Source: Octopus sinensis (lineage: Eukaryota). From it: a stretch of DNA of 64,000 nt. The position numbers and the translations under genes are program-made. The stretch is from the NCBI RefSeq assembly GCF_006345805.1, contig NC_042997.1, positions 188,480,001 through 188,544,000 on the forward strand, in the 5' to 3' direction. Below the pieces are notes generated by a model that saw only the letters and a program-made list of their open reading frames with translations, searched no databases and had not been told where the DNA came from. Position 1 is the stretch's first letter; each line of letters starts with the position of its first letter. Positions 13,401 through 25,747 of the stretch are shown piece after piece.

Positions 13401-14250
13401 CCTGAGTATAGCAAGGAGGAGTGGATTCCAAAATACTGAATTATTCAAGACATACTCTATAAACATGGGTTGTGCATTCAAACAGATAAAGAAGTTAACC
13501 ATGTAATTTACCACATGTAAAAAAAACTTTTATTTCAGTTCAAAATGAGCATTTCTTAATGTGCTAGGCCACAATACTTCCATTTCCAAAGTGAGCATTC
13601 TGATACACCTATTTTTCTACCTGATAGATGTTCTCATCGTTTTAAGTCACTTTTCCATGATCAGATGGAGTTTACTGAGGCATATTTTCAATAGCTGGAT
13701 GCCCTTCCTGTCACCAACCCTAATTTGTTTCCAAAGTAAGGTAATATTCCCTCCTGGCTGGACAGGATTTTGCAGAATATTAGAAGCGAATGACACTGTT
13801 TATGATAGTGAAACTCATCTACAACATGTGATGTCAGGACAAGGAGAGACAAACATCCGCTAGCATATGAGCATATATATAACATTCACACACTAGCTTT
13901 CAGTTTTCACCAGGGGCTATACTAGAGGACTTTTAGCCAAGGTGCCACACAGTGGGACTGAATGCAAAACCATGTGGCTGAGAAGCAAACTTTTTCACAA
14001 CATAGTCATGACTGTGCCATGTTTTGTGTATGAATAACTGAATGTGAAATAAGGTGTTCTACACACAAGCTATTACTTGTAATCTATAATCAGAACCAGG
14101 GTTTGGATCCAATGACAACTGGCAGAAATTCTTTTTGAACCATCTCAGATCAATCAGCTGCCTATTTCCATCAGCTAGGTGAATTGAGATGAAGTAGAAT
14201 AGTGTTCTGTCTAGAAACACAACAGAATGCATACTATAGTAAGGTTTTAA

Positions 14251-14487
14251 CCCTTTTGTTACTGTATTTATTTTGAGAAGCTCTGTGTTTCTTTCAATTA
14301 TTTTAAATATAACACAGAATTTAATAAAATAACTTAGTTATCATTAAGCTAGTGTTAGATGTTGTTATGTGAAAGACTGCCAATCAGTTCAATGTTGGGT
14401 GACTAAGGTTTGGTGGAAGATTTTAATTCAGAACTTTTGAAAACAAAACATTTGTACTACAGAGCCAGTTTCAGCCGGGTTGTTAAC
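14251..14487 (+). mobile_element. TTAA-flanked (piggyBac-like) MITE carrying an exact 43-bp copy of 10640-10682
   Basis: TTAA|CCC left end; 14359-14401 is identical to 10640-10682. Confidence 0.6.
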
Positions 14488-15421
14488 GTGACTGAGAAGC
14501 AGGCATATCACTCATCCACCTTGCCTCTTAGCTGGCTTTGACAAAACATGAATACATTGTTGAAGACCTGTGCAGATATCTAATACAATAGATTTGACTT
14601 AAGTCGTGTCAAACCTCACTGTAAATAGCCCAAATTGGATATTTCCTTGGATGCTGATATCAACTCAATATGAATTCATTATAAAGAGCAGGCCTTTTAT
14701 AATTGATTCTGTGTTTCTTGGGTCTTGTATTCAGTTCATTACCAGCTGTCAAATGAAGTTGTTAAACCACATCTCTTTTTCTCATTATACTCCATATGAC
14801 GACTGAATTGTTCTAATAGAGGGTCACCTTATGAAGGAAAGACAGAAAAGAAATACCCCACTCAATCAACCCAATATAATATCATCACATAAATCCTGAA
14901 CTATTTACAAATATTTATAACAAAACAGATATTTCTTGTTATTTTTACAAAATATTCAGTAACTTTAATTTACTGGAAAACTTTTCTAACATTATATTCA
15001 AGCAGCTGAATTTAGAGACACAGTATTATTTTTGAACCTATAATAAACCCAACTTTACTTATGATTTGCACAAAAACAAAACTGAAGGTATTATTGAGCA
15101 GAATATTACTTTGGCTCAAACATGTAGAGTGTACACAGATAAAGCTTTGGGATTTAAGTGACTTGAAGAAATTGTACAAGTTTATCAACCCCAAATCATT
15201 TTATTATGAATCAAGAGTTACTACTATTCTCATAAAGATGCACAAACTAAGAAAATATATACCTCTTGTATTAGTTATTAAACAAGGATAATCTTATATT
15301 TTTATTCAGGCAGAATGGATTAATAAATATATAAAGATGATTGGGAACTGTCATTGTATATGATATATATATCAATTGTATTTTTAAAAATTACTTTGAA
15401 ATAATGAGAAAAAGAAATCTG

Positions 15422-15530
15422 TTATAAGCTTGTCCCTTCAATACTTCCGGACTTTCTCATTCCTCCCCTCACATTCAGATAGTGATAATTTGAAATGGCC
15501 CTCCCACATATGCCTGATCCACTTAATGAC
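15422..15530 (-). other. Candidate terminal coding exon (SLSGSGICGRAISNYHYLNVRGGMRKSGSIEGTSL*)
   Basis: Strong acceptor ttattttcatatattgcag|G; locally GC-richer; open to TAA in the phase-2 frame; followed by AT-rich UTR-like DNA. No homology recognised. Confidence 0.25.
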
Positions 15531-18070
15531 CTGCAATATATGAAAATAAATCAATAAGCTTTAGGTTTCTTACAACTTGTTCCTCATATGGAGTACTTTC
15601 TCAACAGTATAAGTTCCACAACAAACTTATAAAATAAACTTTAGCTCAAATGTTCACAATGAATTATTCAGATAACTGTCATTTTACAATTCTCTAAACT
15701 ACTACAGGAATTTGATACATACAGATTTCATTCATAAAATATAAAAACAGCACATTTTAGAATATATGAGAAGTACTGACCCTAATAAAGGTGTTAAACT
15801 CAAAGCTTATCACTGCTATTAGTTTTTGCTTTAATGAGCTTAATTAGCTAGATGCAAGCAATGATAAAATCCGATTTGTGTATATGTGTGTGTGTGTAAG
15901 AATGTGTAGATCAGGACTTAAAGCTGTTATTGTTGACATTTGGAGAGAAAATTGAAGGCAATATTTTTACCAGGGATTTTAAGGTTTAAAACCAATGTGA
16001 TTCTGACTATGTAGGAGTAACTCTAGGTTCAGAAAATGACAGTTCAGTGAACTATTGCTAAACAGAAGATAACTTTGTTTGTTTTTAAATCTTGTGTCCA
16101 AGAAATATTTTATACAAAACATGTATGAACCAGACATGAAGGGCACATTAAAATATGTTCGGTTAATTTGAGTTCGGAAAATTGGAAGTTAATGCAACTA
16201 TATGTTATAGAAAGACCAGAGGTTGGTTGTGGCCAGTCCTGAAAAGCAAAATCTGGTATTGTAGGGGTAAGGAGCAGAGTGGCTATATCATGAAGATGGG
16301 CCAAAAATAAAAGGTTTTCAGTAGGGAGGGTCTATTATTAGTGAAGAGGTATTTTTCTTTATCTTGATGTAAACAAAAAATACTCAACGAAAGAATAAAA
16401 GGAACTAATTTGATAATGGCCAAATAGATATAAACTGTATCGGGTTTCATTCAAATCTACAAAACTCTAGCTAATGGAATTTAACCAAAGTATGTAACCC
16501 GAAAGCAAAATAACTACACAACTATCTACATAACCGCCAGTTTATTTAAGGATTTACCAGAAATAACCAGGAAGTAAATGGTGTAAACCTTAAGAAAACT
16601 TAGTCAAGCCGAAATGCTAAGAGCAAAAGTGGCAAGTGAAGGGAGGTTACTAGGCAAAACTATGTAAGTTATGCTTGAGTAAAAAGGAAAAACCGGTGTT
16701 TTCAATGAACTGGCATGCTCTAAAATTATTGAATATGTTAGACTAAGCTTATCTTTACATGAAGACTTTTTAAAAACTTTCTTTTTAGTACTTTCTAGTT
16801 TTTATTATTAAGAAAAAGTACCGGGTTTAAACATCAGTTAACTCAAACATACAAATGATTTCCGATTGATAAAACACCTAAGTCAATTAATTTTCAAGCA
16901 TGAATTCAAATTCAGAGCAGTTCCTATTCCCAAGAAAGAACAGGAAATCCCACACTATACATATATTTCTGATACATCTATTATTCTCTACCTGCTTTAC
17001 TTCTGACAAATGAATTTTTTTTCATGTCCTCTGAACAAGGCAACCAGTACAAATGGACCGCCAAACGAAACCTGCTGTATTTATTTCTAGGATTCTTCTA
17101 TTGAAACATCTAACCAATTTCATTATTCTGATTCCAAAGAGACAAACCTTACACAAGCATGTGTAAATGTGTCTGCATGAATCACCTCCTACTCAATCCT
17201 CTACATATTTTTACAATAAGGATGTAAATGTGACTAATGAAAAAAACTGTAACCAATTGAATCATATTTTTATATAGAAATCTAAAACAAACAAAATTTA
17301 AAAGAATGTTACACAAGTATTATGGGGGGTAAAATTGGATGAGGTATCCAAAAAGATGTTTAGATATTCAGTAAATCAGAGTAAATAACGACTAATAATC
17401 AAACTTTTTGCATAAGCCCGTTATACACAATGTAATTTGAACAACACAATACGAGTAGAGAGAGAAAAAAAAGACATGTTTGGTGTGTTGTAAAGCTAAA
17501 CACTGGTCAAATACTCTATTTACTAGCATCTTGTTAACATTCATTTTTAGATTAAGAAGCATGCTTTTCAGAAACCAGGAACAACCTAAAACTATTGTTA
17601 ACTTTTTAAAACAAGACAAACATAAGAGCCATTTAATAATGTTATGGCGCATAAAGAAATCTTTGTACAAGTCGTAGTTAGATATTTTCTTTAAAAAATA
17701 CAAAATTTACTTGATAATAAAAGAGTGTACAAATAGTGCTAATTTCAGATATATTTGCTTAATCGTATATAGACAAATAAACCAAATAAGTTTCCCATTG
17801 AAAACGATATTCTATCTCCCACTCTTTTATGTGTGTGTGTATATATATATAAACATACATATATACACAAAAACACGCGCGTATAAATATATATAAATAT
17901 ATACATACTAGATTGAAAATATTTACAAAAAATAGGAACTGCATCTATTTTTAAAAACGACATAGTTTATATTTTCTCATTATTAAATAATGAAATAATA
18001 TTAATATTAAAGAAGAAATGCGTAAACAATGAATGGCTCCAAATATTTTCGTGAAACAATTGATCGGTAC

Positions 18071-18108
18071 CTTGGTATACTGTAACAGCTACTCTAAATA
18101 TAATTAAC
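18071..18108 (-). other. Candidate 38-nt coding exon (G TTA ATT ATA TTT AGA GTA GCT GTT ACA GTA TAC CAA G)
   Basis: tctcag| acceptor and CAAG|gtaccg donor; in frame with the 20203-20187 start, giving MKISTWLIIFRVAVTVYQ. Confidence 0.3.
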
Positions 18109-19309
18109 CTGAGAATATTGTTTGAATAAATATTTCCAATTTAAAATGAGGGAAAACATCACTAAAAATCTTACAGTATTAATTTGAATTATCAGATTTT
18201 CAAGAGTGAGTAAACAATGGATTGAAAGACAGAAAGAACAAAAGGAAAACGAATAAAGGACCAACGGAGAAACAAGTTGGAGCAACTAAAGAAAAAACAG
18301 CCGTTATATTCGGAATATTTGTGAATAAAAGTGAAAATACGACGATTGATGAGATAATGGGCAAATTAATAAGTTTTTGCATTCAGTTTATTCGATGACA
18401 CGAAGATAGTATGAGAAAAGAATGGATATTGGTTGTAAACAATGAATAAATAAGAATCACACTTCTCCATTCCACAAATTTTAACAATAAAAAGTTGTCA
18501 ATGAACAAATTAAAAAATAACAGATGACAAAAGATGTATTCAATGAACGGTATTAAAGTGATGCAGACAATAGAACGAGGTTGATTTTTATTGCTTGTTA
18601 GTTTTGTTGTTGACGCTTGTTTTTTTTGTTTTTTTGGCAAATGGAATCATCAAATGAAACCTTTATTATATTAAATGAAGCAGTCTAAATACTTTAAAAC
18701 TAGTACCATGAAAAACAAATGTTCTTGAAAAGTTAAACGGGCTGGCTAATTTCATAGAAATGTGTAACATCTGACATAGGCTAAGCAAATTAGACAAGAG
18801 GGGGGAAATAATGTGATAAGACAGCTACAGTAGATAAAAATTATCAGCAATGTTCAGGGTTGACAACTAGTTTCTAGGTCAAATAAAAAGAAGTACGAAG
18901 AAAAATAGTTTTAATAAGGAAAAAACAATCGAAATGCAAGAGAGAAAAATGCACAAACAGTTTATACAATAGCTTCGATGTTGGAGAGAAATATTGAGGA
19001 TGTCTACAAGAAAACAGTAAATAACAATAAATAAATAAGGGGTATTCTAAAAGTGAGCGGAAGACGAATAAGATCCATTAATCTAAATTAGTGAAGAGCG
19101 ACGAGTTGGAAATAAGATCGGATGAAATAAATACAAATTACCTAGCAATTAATAGCGTAAATATTAGTTGAGAAACTATCACAGATGCAAATGTTTAAAC
19201 ACCAGACACAAAATAAAACGAGTGTAATCGTTGAAAACAATAACAAATGAAACTGGAAAATTAGCATCTAAGATTTCTCAATTTATAGAAATGTTTATAG
19301 AATATGTGA

Positions 19310-19346
<37 letters not shown>

Positions 19347-20002
19347 TTCTAGTTATCCCATCAAGTTTGTTGAGCTAATTACAATGTTGATTTGAGAAAA
19401 TAAAAGAATTTAAATGGAACCAGAAAAAAATTAAAAAGAGAAAGAAAAATACAGAAGGAGTCCAATAAAAGAAAACAAATAAAGAATTGTGGGAAAAGGA
19501 GGCTTGAGAAAAGTAAATAAAAAAGGGGAAATGATGAAAAGAAAGGCTCCATGACACGCAGGCGCAGAACACGGTTGCGAAGAAGCACATGTTTTCTGGC
19601 CAAGGAGGGGACGGAAGAGTCGTAACATCAGAAATCGATTAAGACTAACAAATATAAAATTCTGTGGATGAATAAATTTCAATGTAGAAGGAAATAGGAA
19701 CAAACTAGCTTTAACCAGAAAGAAATAAAAGCGATAATTTGTATGATTTCAGCGGAAGAATAGTTTAAAAGCAAAAACCTGATAGGCATTTTCCCAACTT
19801 CACACGATCCCGCTTATTCTAATATTTACATGACGAATACATATTATAAATTACATTTATTGCATCTATATGCCTAAAAGTTATAAAGTTTAACAACTAC
19901 AGATGAAAACATTAAATAAGGAAGAAAACTTTTACAGCAGCAGCTGTAGTAACTTCGAATGCGACCTAAGAAATGCATGTATGTGCGTATATATATATAA
20001 AT

Positions 20003-20052
<50 letters not shown>

Positions 20053-20186
20053 CACACACACATGCCCCTTTGCTGTTAGATCATTTACCGGTATATTCAT
20101 TGATCAGATAACGTGCTAAGAAAGAAACATTAGGAAACCGATTTTAAACAAATGTGTAACTAATAGTGAAAAAAAAAAGTCCTTAC

Positions 20187-20203
20187 CACGTCGAAATCTT
20201 CAT
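20187..20203 (-). other. Candidate ATG-bearing end of a 5' exon (MKIST+TG)
   Basis: caatcATGaagatttcgacgtg|gtaagg followed by a T-rich intron-like start. Confidence 0.3.
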
Positions 20204-22024
20204 GATTGAAATTTTGTTGTGAAGATCCCACCGTAAAATGTCTGTTGTTAGCTGAGTATTTTAAAGTTTCTTTTCTTTCCAAAAATCTTAAATATTAATC
20301 CGTTCTGTTGCTTGTTTGGGGAAATAACATGCAAACACTGCTGTGTTGTATTAACCTTTTCAGGAGTGTTAAGATTATAAATACATGTAATAATAGATAT
20401 ACACGAGTTTGTTATATGTACATATAATAAATATTGATATGTGTGTTTATGAAAATATGTGAGTTATAATATATATAGGCTGTTTTGTCTATAGAAATAT
20501 ATATAAATACTTGATGTTGTTTCAAATAATTTTTTATAAATAAATATCAAAATATGTATATATAAGAGAAAGAGAGAGAGAGAGAGAGGGTGATAAAAAA
20601 AATATATATGAATATATGTGTGTATATCACAAACAACACATACACACACACAGAGAAATTGTAATATGATTACTACTCCTACTACTACTGTTATTGAAAG
20701 TGTTGCTGCTGTGAGGAGTAGTACTTGCGTATTGTAGTGTGGAGGAAGGGAGGGAGGGAAAAATGAGAAAGCGAAGGGAGGGGAAGGAGAAAAGAAGGAA
20801 TGAACGAACGAACTAAGAGGAGACAGAGGAGGCCTTAGCACCTTCGCAACAATGCTATACAGCTTTGTTAATGGCTGATGTACTTCTTGGGTCGTCGCAA
20901 AATGCCCTATTCAGCACTTCCTACACAATAGTCAGTCGGTGCTGATGAATATTAATCAGGGCTAGGGCTGTGGCCCGAGAATGAGGATATGATAACAAGA
21001 CAACTATAGCAGCGAGACACAGAGAGAGAGAGAAAGAAAGGAAGGAAGAGAGGCGGCGATATATAGAGAGAGGGGGAGAACGACGGCAACAACGGGAGGA
21101 GGAGGAGGACGACGATGAAAACGTTAGCAGCAGCAGCAGCGGTGGAAGTGCTACATTAGTATGACTGGATAACTAGATTGTTTCTCTCTGGTGGTTAGAA
21201 GAATTAAAGCAAATATTTGAATAGATTGTGATCTAAGTATGTTAAGAGAAAGAAAAGGCAATAACAAAACAAAAACCAAAAAGAAAGAAAGACTACAAAT
21301 AAAAGAGGAGAGAAAAATCAGGTAACAACTGCAGGTAAATGAGTAAATAAATATAATGTCCCGAATATATTAAACAATTAATGCAATGTCTGACAGAACA
21401 ATTAATAAAAAAAAAAACGAAAACAAAACAATAAAAATTATCTGCGGAAATATCTAGTTAGATGTAATTTTCAGTTTCTACAAAGGTCATGGATAAAAAT
21501 CAAAAACAAAACCAAAAAAATAACTCACGGAAAAAAAATTAATAAAGTAAACAAAAACGGCGTAAACACGGGGTGAGTGTGTGTGTGTGGCGGGGAGAGG
21601 AGGGTGATGTTGGAGATGTTTGGAATTTTATTTTGAAAAGAAATAATGCCATTTGGAAAGAGATAAGTGAAATAAATCAATGTTTGAATTAGGGAGTGGG
21701 AGAAGCGAGCAGCAAATAAAATAGGCGGATGGTTGGAAGAATACGAAGGAAAAGATTGCTGCTAGGGTAAACAAGTACTGTTTACAAACTAAGGACTATT
21801 TATAAGGTGAACGATTTTATAGAGCCAACGAGATAAGACAAGCCTAAACTTGTGGACAATTTTAACGTCTTGTCAGATTTTTTAATGGTAGAAAAAGGAA
21901 AGCCATTTTATACGGTATTTTACGGGCTTTGCGCCATTTAATACATATTGCTCTCTCTCTCTCTCTCTTTTTTTTTTCTTTCGGTTTTAATATTTGAAAT
22001 AAAAATAAACTTTAAAAACCTTAC

Positions 22025-22620
22025 AAGGTAGACGAGACATTTTTATTAGCAGTGTACGAGAAGAGGGAGTGTATGAATAGTTTTTCTGATTTGGTGGGGA
22101 GGAAGAAAAGTATTAGTAGTTTTTATTAGTAAGAAACTAGTCAGCAAGTACTTTATGAATATTAATTTGATTCCCTCGCCCCCGTGTCCCTACCACCACT
22201 ACCACCACCGCCGCCGCCACCATCTGTCTCGCCTCCTCCATTCTCGGTCGGTAAAGCGCTGTTCAACATCTATCTTCAGTTTTAGCTTCTGTCCTGTCCC
22301 AGCAAAGCCCAGTGATCTGCATAGTGTAACAGAGACAACGTTCGAAGTGCAAATAAATAATGTGGATCGTTGGTTGGTAACTGTGGCCTGTTGCTCCCCC
22401 GAGGGAGAGGGAGGGAGAAGAAAGAGATCTGGCACCTCTCCACACACACACACACACACACACACAAACGTCGAGCAGAGAGAGAGAGAGAGGGAGGGAA
22501 GAGAAAGAAAGAAAGAAATGTAGCGAGTGAAAGGGAGAAAAGGAGAGAGAGAGCAATTAAAGAAATGTGGAGATAGAGATCAATGTTAACAACTCACTAC
22601 ATCGCTTCCTTCACCGATAT
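22025..22620 (-). other. Candidate first exon / 5' UTR with short uORFs, ending aaaaATGtctcgtctacctt|gtaagg
   Basis: CT/GT-repeat leader, GC-rich triplets, A-rich context at ATG 22040, consensus donor at 22024. The 5' boundary is a guess. Confidence 0.35.
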
Positions 22621-23399
22621 CATCAGCTAATAAGTTAATATTACTTATGTAACTGGCTTTCTTTTCTTTTATTACATGGTTTCCTTTTCGCTGGTTTCTG
22701 CCTGAGAAAACAGCAGTTTATTTACATCTATTCCTGTTAGAAAAGTCACCACAAATCAATAGAGAAGACGACTACCATAAGTTTGTGATGAATAAACATG
22801 CATTAGATTAGCTAATTTTGACAGAATATAACAAAGCTGGGCGACATGATGCGTTCGTGGGGGGAAAATAATTATCACGACAGGCATTTTTGATTTGAAA
22901 ATTAAAAATGTTAGCTCTGCAAAGCTTTAGATAAACCTAACAACATAATATTAGTATGTCAAAGTAAACGTATGCATAAATACGAATATTTGTATTTGAA
23001 TTTGTACATAGATATATATATATATAAGTGTTCACGCCTATCTGTGTGTGCACACACGAGAAAGAGAGAAGAGATAAAAATATTGCTCATTCAGGTGGGC
23101 TTTTGTGTACGTGTGTGCGCGGCCAGGTATAAAGCTACTCTCGACTCTGAGCTCTTAGAAATAAAACCTATATCTATGTGTAAAGCGGAATGTGCTGTGT
23201 GCGTGTGTGTATATACATACACACACGCACTCACACACATAGAACAGCCCCGCTTTGCACCACACTGCTGTTTACATACATGTATTAGTGTGTGTATATA
23301 TATATATATACACACACACACGTACAGAGTCGCGCGCAGACATAAATGTACTTATATCACGTATGTTAGACAAACAAACACGCTTCAGTGTCGTTCATC

Positions 23400-23760
23400 T
23401 ATTTTTATGTTGTTTGTCATTGGACTACGGCCATGCTGGGGCACCGCATTGAAGAATTTCGGTCGCACGAATCGACCCCAGTACATATTTCTTTTGTTTT
23501 CTAAGCCTAGGACTTACTCTGTCGGTTTCTTACGCCGAACCGCTACGTTACCTAGACGCCACCATCTGCGGTTGCACAAACGGTGACGGCGGACAAACAA
23601 ACACACACACATACATACACGCCAGGCTTCTTTCAGTTTCCGTCTAACAAATCCACTCACACGGTTTTGGTCAGCCCGAGGCTGTACCACGCAGTGGGAG
23701 TGAACCCGGAACTATGTGGTTGCGAAGTAAATTTCTTACCACACAGCCTGCGCCTGCCTA
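23400..23760 (-). mobile_element. SINE family C copy with unusually intact CpGs
   Basis: Aligns to the family; retains ccgaaccgc, ccgtc, cccgagg and cccgga. Confidence 0.8.
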
Positions 23761-24731
23761 TGTGTGTGTGTGTGTGTGTTTAATAAAAAAAAATATTTGG
23801 ATCTCGGTCAAAATTTTTGACCAAGAATGTTTAGTCGCTAGATTAACTAAACTAATCAGGCTCGTTCGGTTAGTGTATAAGTGGTTGAGTATCCCGCAAA
23901 CACGTGTAACTCTTAATGTAATTCTCAAATGGAATTAGCATGACACGGGCTTCAATACAGTTTCCGTAAGGCCATTTCCACTCGTGACACTTGCCCATGT
24001 TGTGACACCGCAGAATCGAAACTGAGTCCATGGTATTGTGAAATGAACTCAAGCATGCGCCCATACATACACACACACACACACCCATACACACACAGAC
24101 AGACAGAGTATGTGTGTGTATGTATATATATATATATATACGCGCGCGCAGACGAATTGTGTGTGCGTGTGTATAACGTGCTAAACGCACGTAAGCATGT
24201 ACGATAAAACAGCGCGCGCGCGCTTCGCATATTTAAATATAAAATGACTAATAGATTTGGTATAAAATTTATCAAAACGGATGTTGACTATTTTAGGCTG
24301 GGTGTCTGTCTGATTATCTGACAGCAGCGGCAACAGAAGTAGTTGTAGAGAATGAGAAAAACCTGGTAGTCTTCCTATAATGTTTAGTGGAGTAATTAGA
24401 GACGGCAAACATTAACAAATGCTATATAACATGCATAATATTTTATAAGCGACGGAAGCACAGGCTTCACCGAATTGATTTTCCTCTTACCGCTTGGCTA
24501 TTTAGCAATCAACGATCACAATAACTTTAGAAGAACATCAATTAACATTTAAAAGTACAGTTATAAATTAAATTGATCTATATTGTTTAAGGAGGGAACT
24601 GATATTTTTTTCCAGTCACGTCTTGACAATCTGTGTTTTTGAACTGAATAGTGAAATTAATGATCGATTGCATAATCTGCTTTTTGTTTTTCTTTTTACA
24701 TGTCGATGATGACTATAAGATCCCGTATGAA

Positions 24732-24856
24732 CCTTTCGGGGTCGATAAATAAAGTACCAGTTTCGCACTGGAGGTCGATGTAATCGACTTAATCCCTTTG
24801 TCTGTCCTTGTTTGTCCCCTCTATGTGTAGCCCCCTGTGGGTAGTAAAGAAATATG
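24732..24856 (+). mobile_element. 5'-truncated SINE family B, tail A, with a 16-bp TSD
   Basis: TSD taagatcccgtatgaa at 24716-24731 and 24857-24872. Confidence 0.9.
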
Positions 24857-25029
24857 TAAGATCCCGTATGAAGGTGGATGGGGTTGAAACTTATTTTATC
24901 GATCCTCCCGAAACGTAAAATGCAAAAGTCGACGGGATCTGAACTCAGAACATAAAGCGATATAATAACCTGTCATTTTATTTGGTACCCTATTGAATTA
25001 CAGCTAGAGAAATGATTTTTAAGAAGACC

Positions 25030-25740
25030 ACAAAACTGGGGAAAGAAATGTAGATTTAATTGACTTCTATATTTGATTGGTACTTATTTCTTCAACTTCA
25101 AAAGAATGAAAGAAACAGTCGATCCTCTACGTGATCGGAACTAATAACATAAAGCTCATTTAATCGTTTCTATCAGGAATTTGGCCAGATGTGGGTAGTT
25201 GACTATCGATTCCAGTACCTTGGCAGGGTTTGAAATCTGAACGTAATGACCCGGAACATACCTCAAATAATTTTCTCTGGCGCTACCTTTCTTAATAATG
25301 GTTTCAAATTTTGGTACAAGCTAGCAAGTTTGCAGGTAGTGGCTAAGTCGATTATATCGATCATATCGACCCCGACGTTCAACTGATGCTTATTTTAATG
25401 ACCCCGACTGGATGAAAGGTAAAGTCAATCCTAGCGGAATTTGGACTCAGAAGGTTAAAAACGGACGAAATGATGATAAACAATTCGCCTGACGTGCTAA
25501 CTCTTCTACTTTTCTTAATAATAATTATCTTTAATTTAGGTACAAGGCTCGGCAATTTTGAGCGGAGGGGAATAATTGATACCGTCGACCGCAGTATTTG
25601 ACTGGTGCTTTTAACAATCTCAGAGGGACGAAAAGAAAAGTTGAGCCCCAACAGGATTCAAACTCAGAACATAAAGAGCTGGAAGAAGTACCAAAAGGCA
25701 TTTTTCCAATGCTCTAAAGATTCTGCCAGTTCACACCCTA
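25030..25740 (-). mobile_element. Head-to-tail run of several decayed family B SINEs
   Basis: The core (ctggtacttattt...gaaaggc...gaactcagaac) repeats about four times. Confidence 0.75.
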
Positions 25741-25747
25741 ATAATTA

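Larger units (their letters stand above)
17800..24900. promoter_or_regulatory. CpG-retaining, promoter/5'-end-like domain
   Basis: CpG visibly frequent here and scarce in 1-16 kb; (CG)n runs, GA/CT tracts, GCC/CAG triplets, few SINEs between 15.3 and 23.3 kb; three minus-strand GTAAG donors. Confidence 0.5.

Noticed and set aside
15438-15530. Alternative frame VIKWIRHMWEG resembling the BACK-domain motif AVxxWxxHD
   Set aside because: The match is short, the frame stops after 30 codons, and no other BTB/Kelch exons are visible.
16110-16304. 64-aa minus-strand ORF with an internal ttttcag acceptor
   Set aside because: No homology or donor; the frame compatible with the candidate upstream exons stops after 12 codons.
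19541-19556. tgtcatggag on the minus strand, like the start of miR-281-3p
   Set aside because: Only about 10 nt match my recollection of the mature sequence, and there is no complementary 5' arm.
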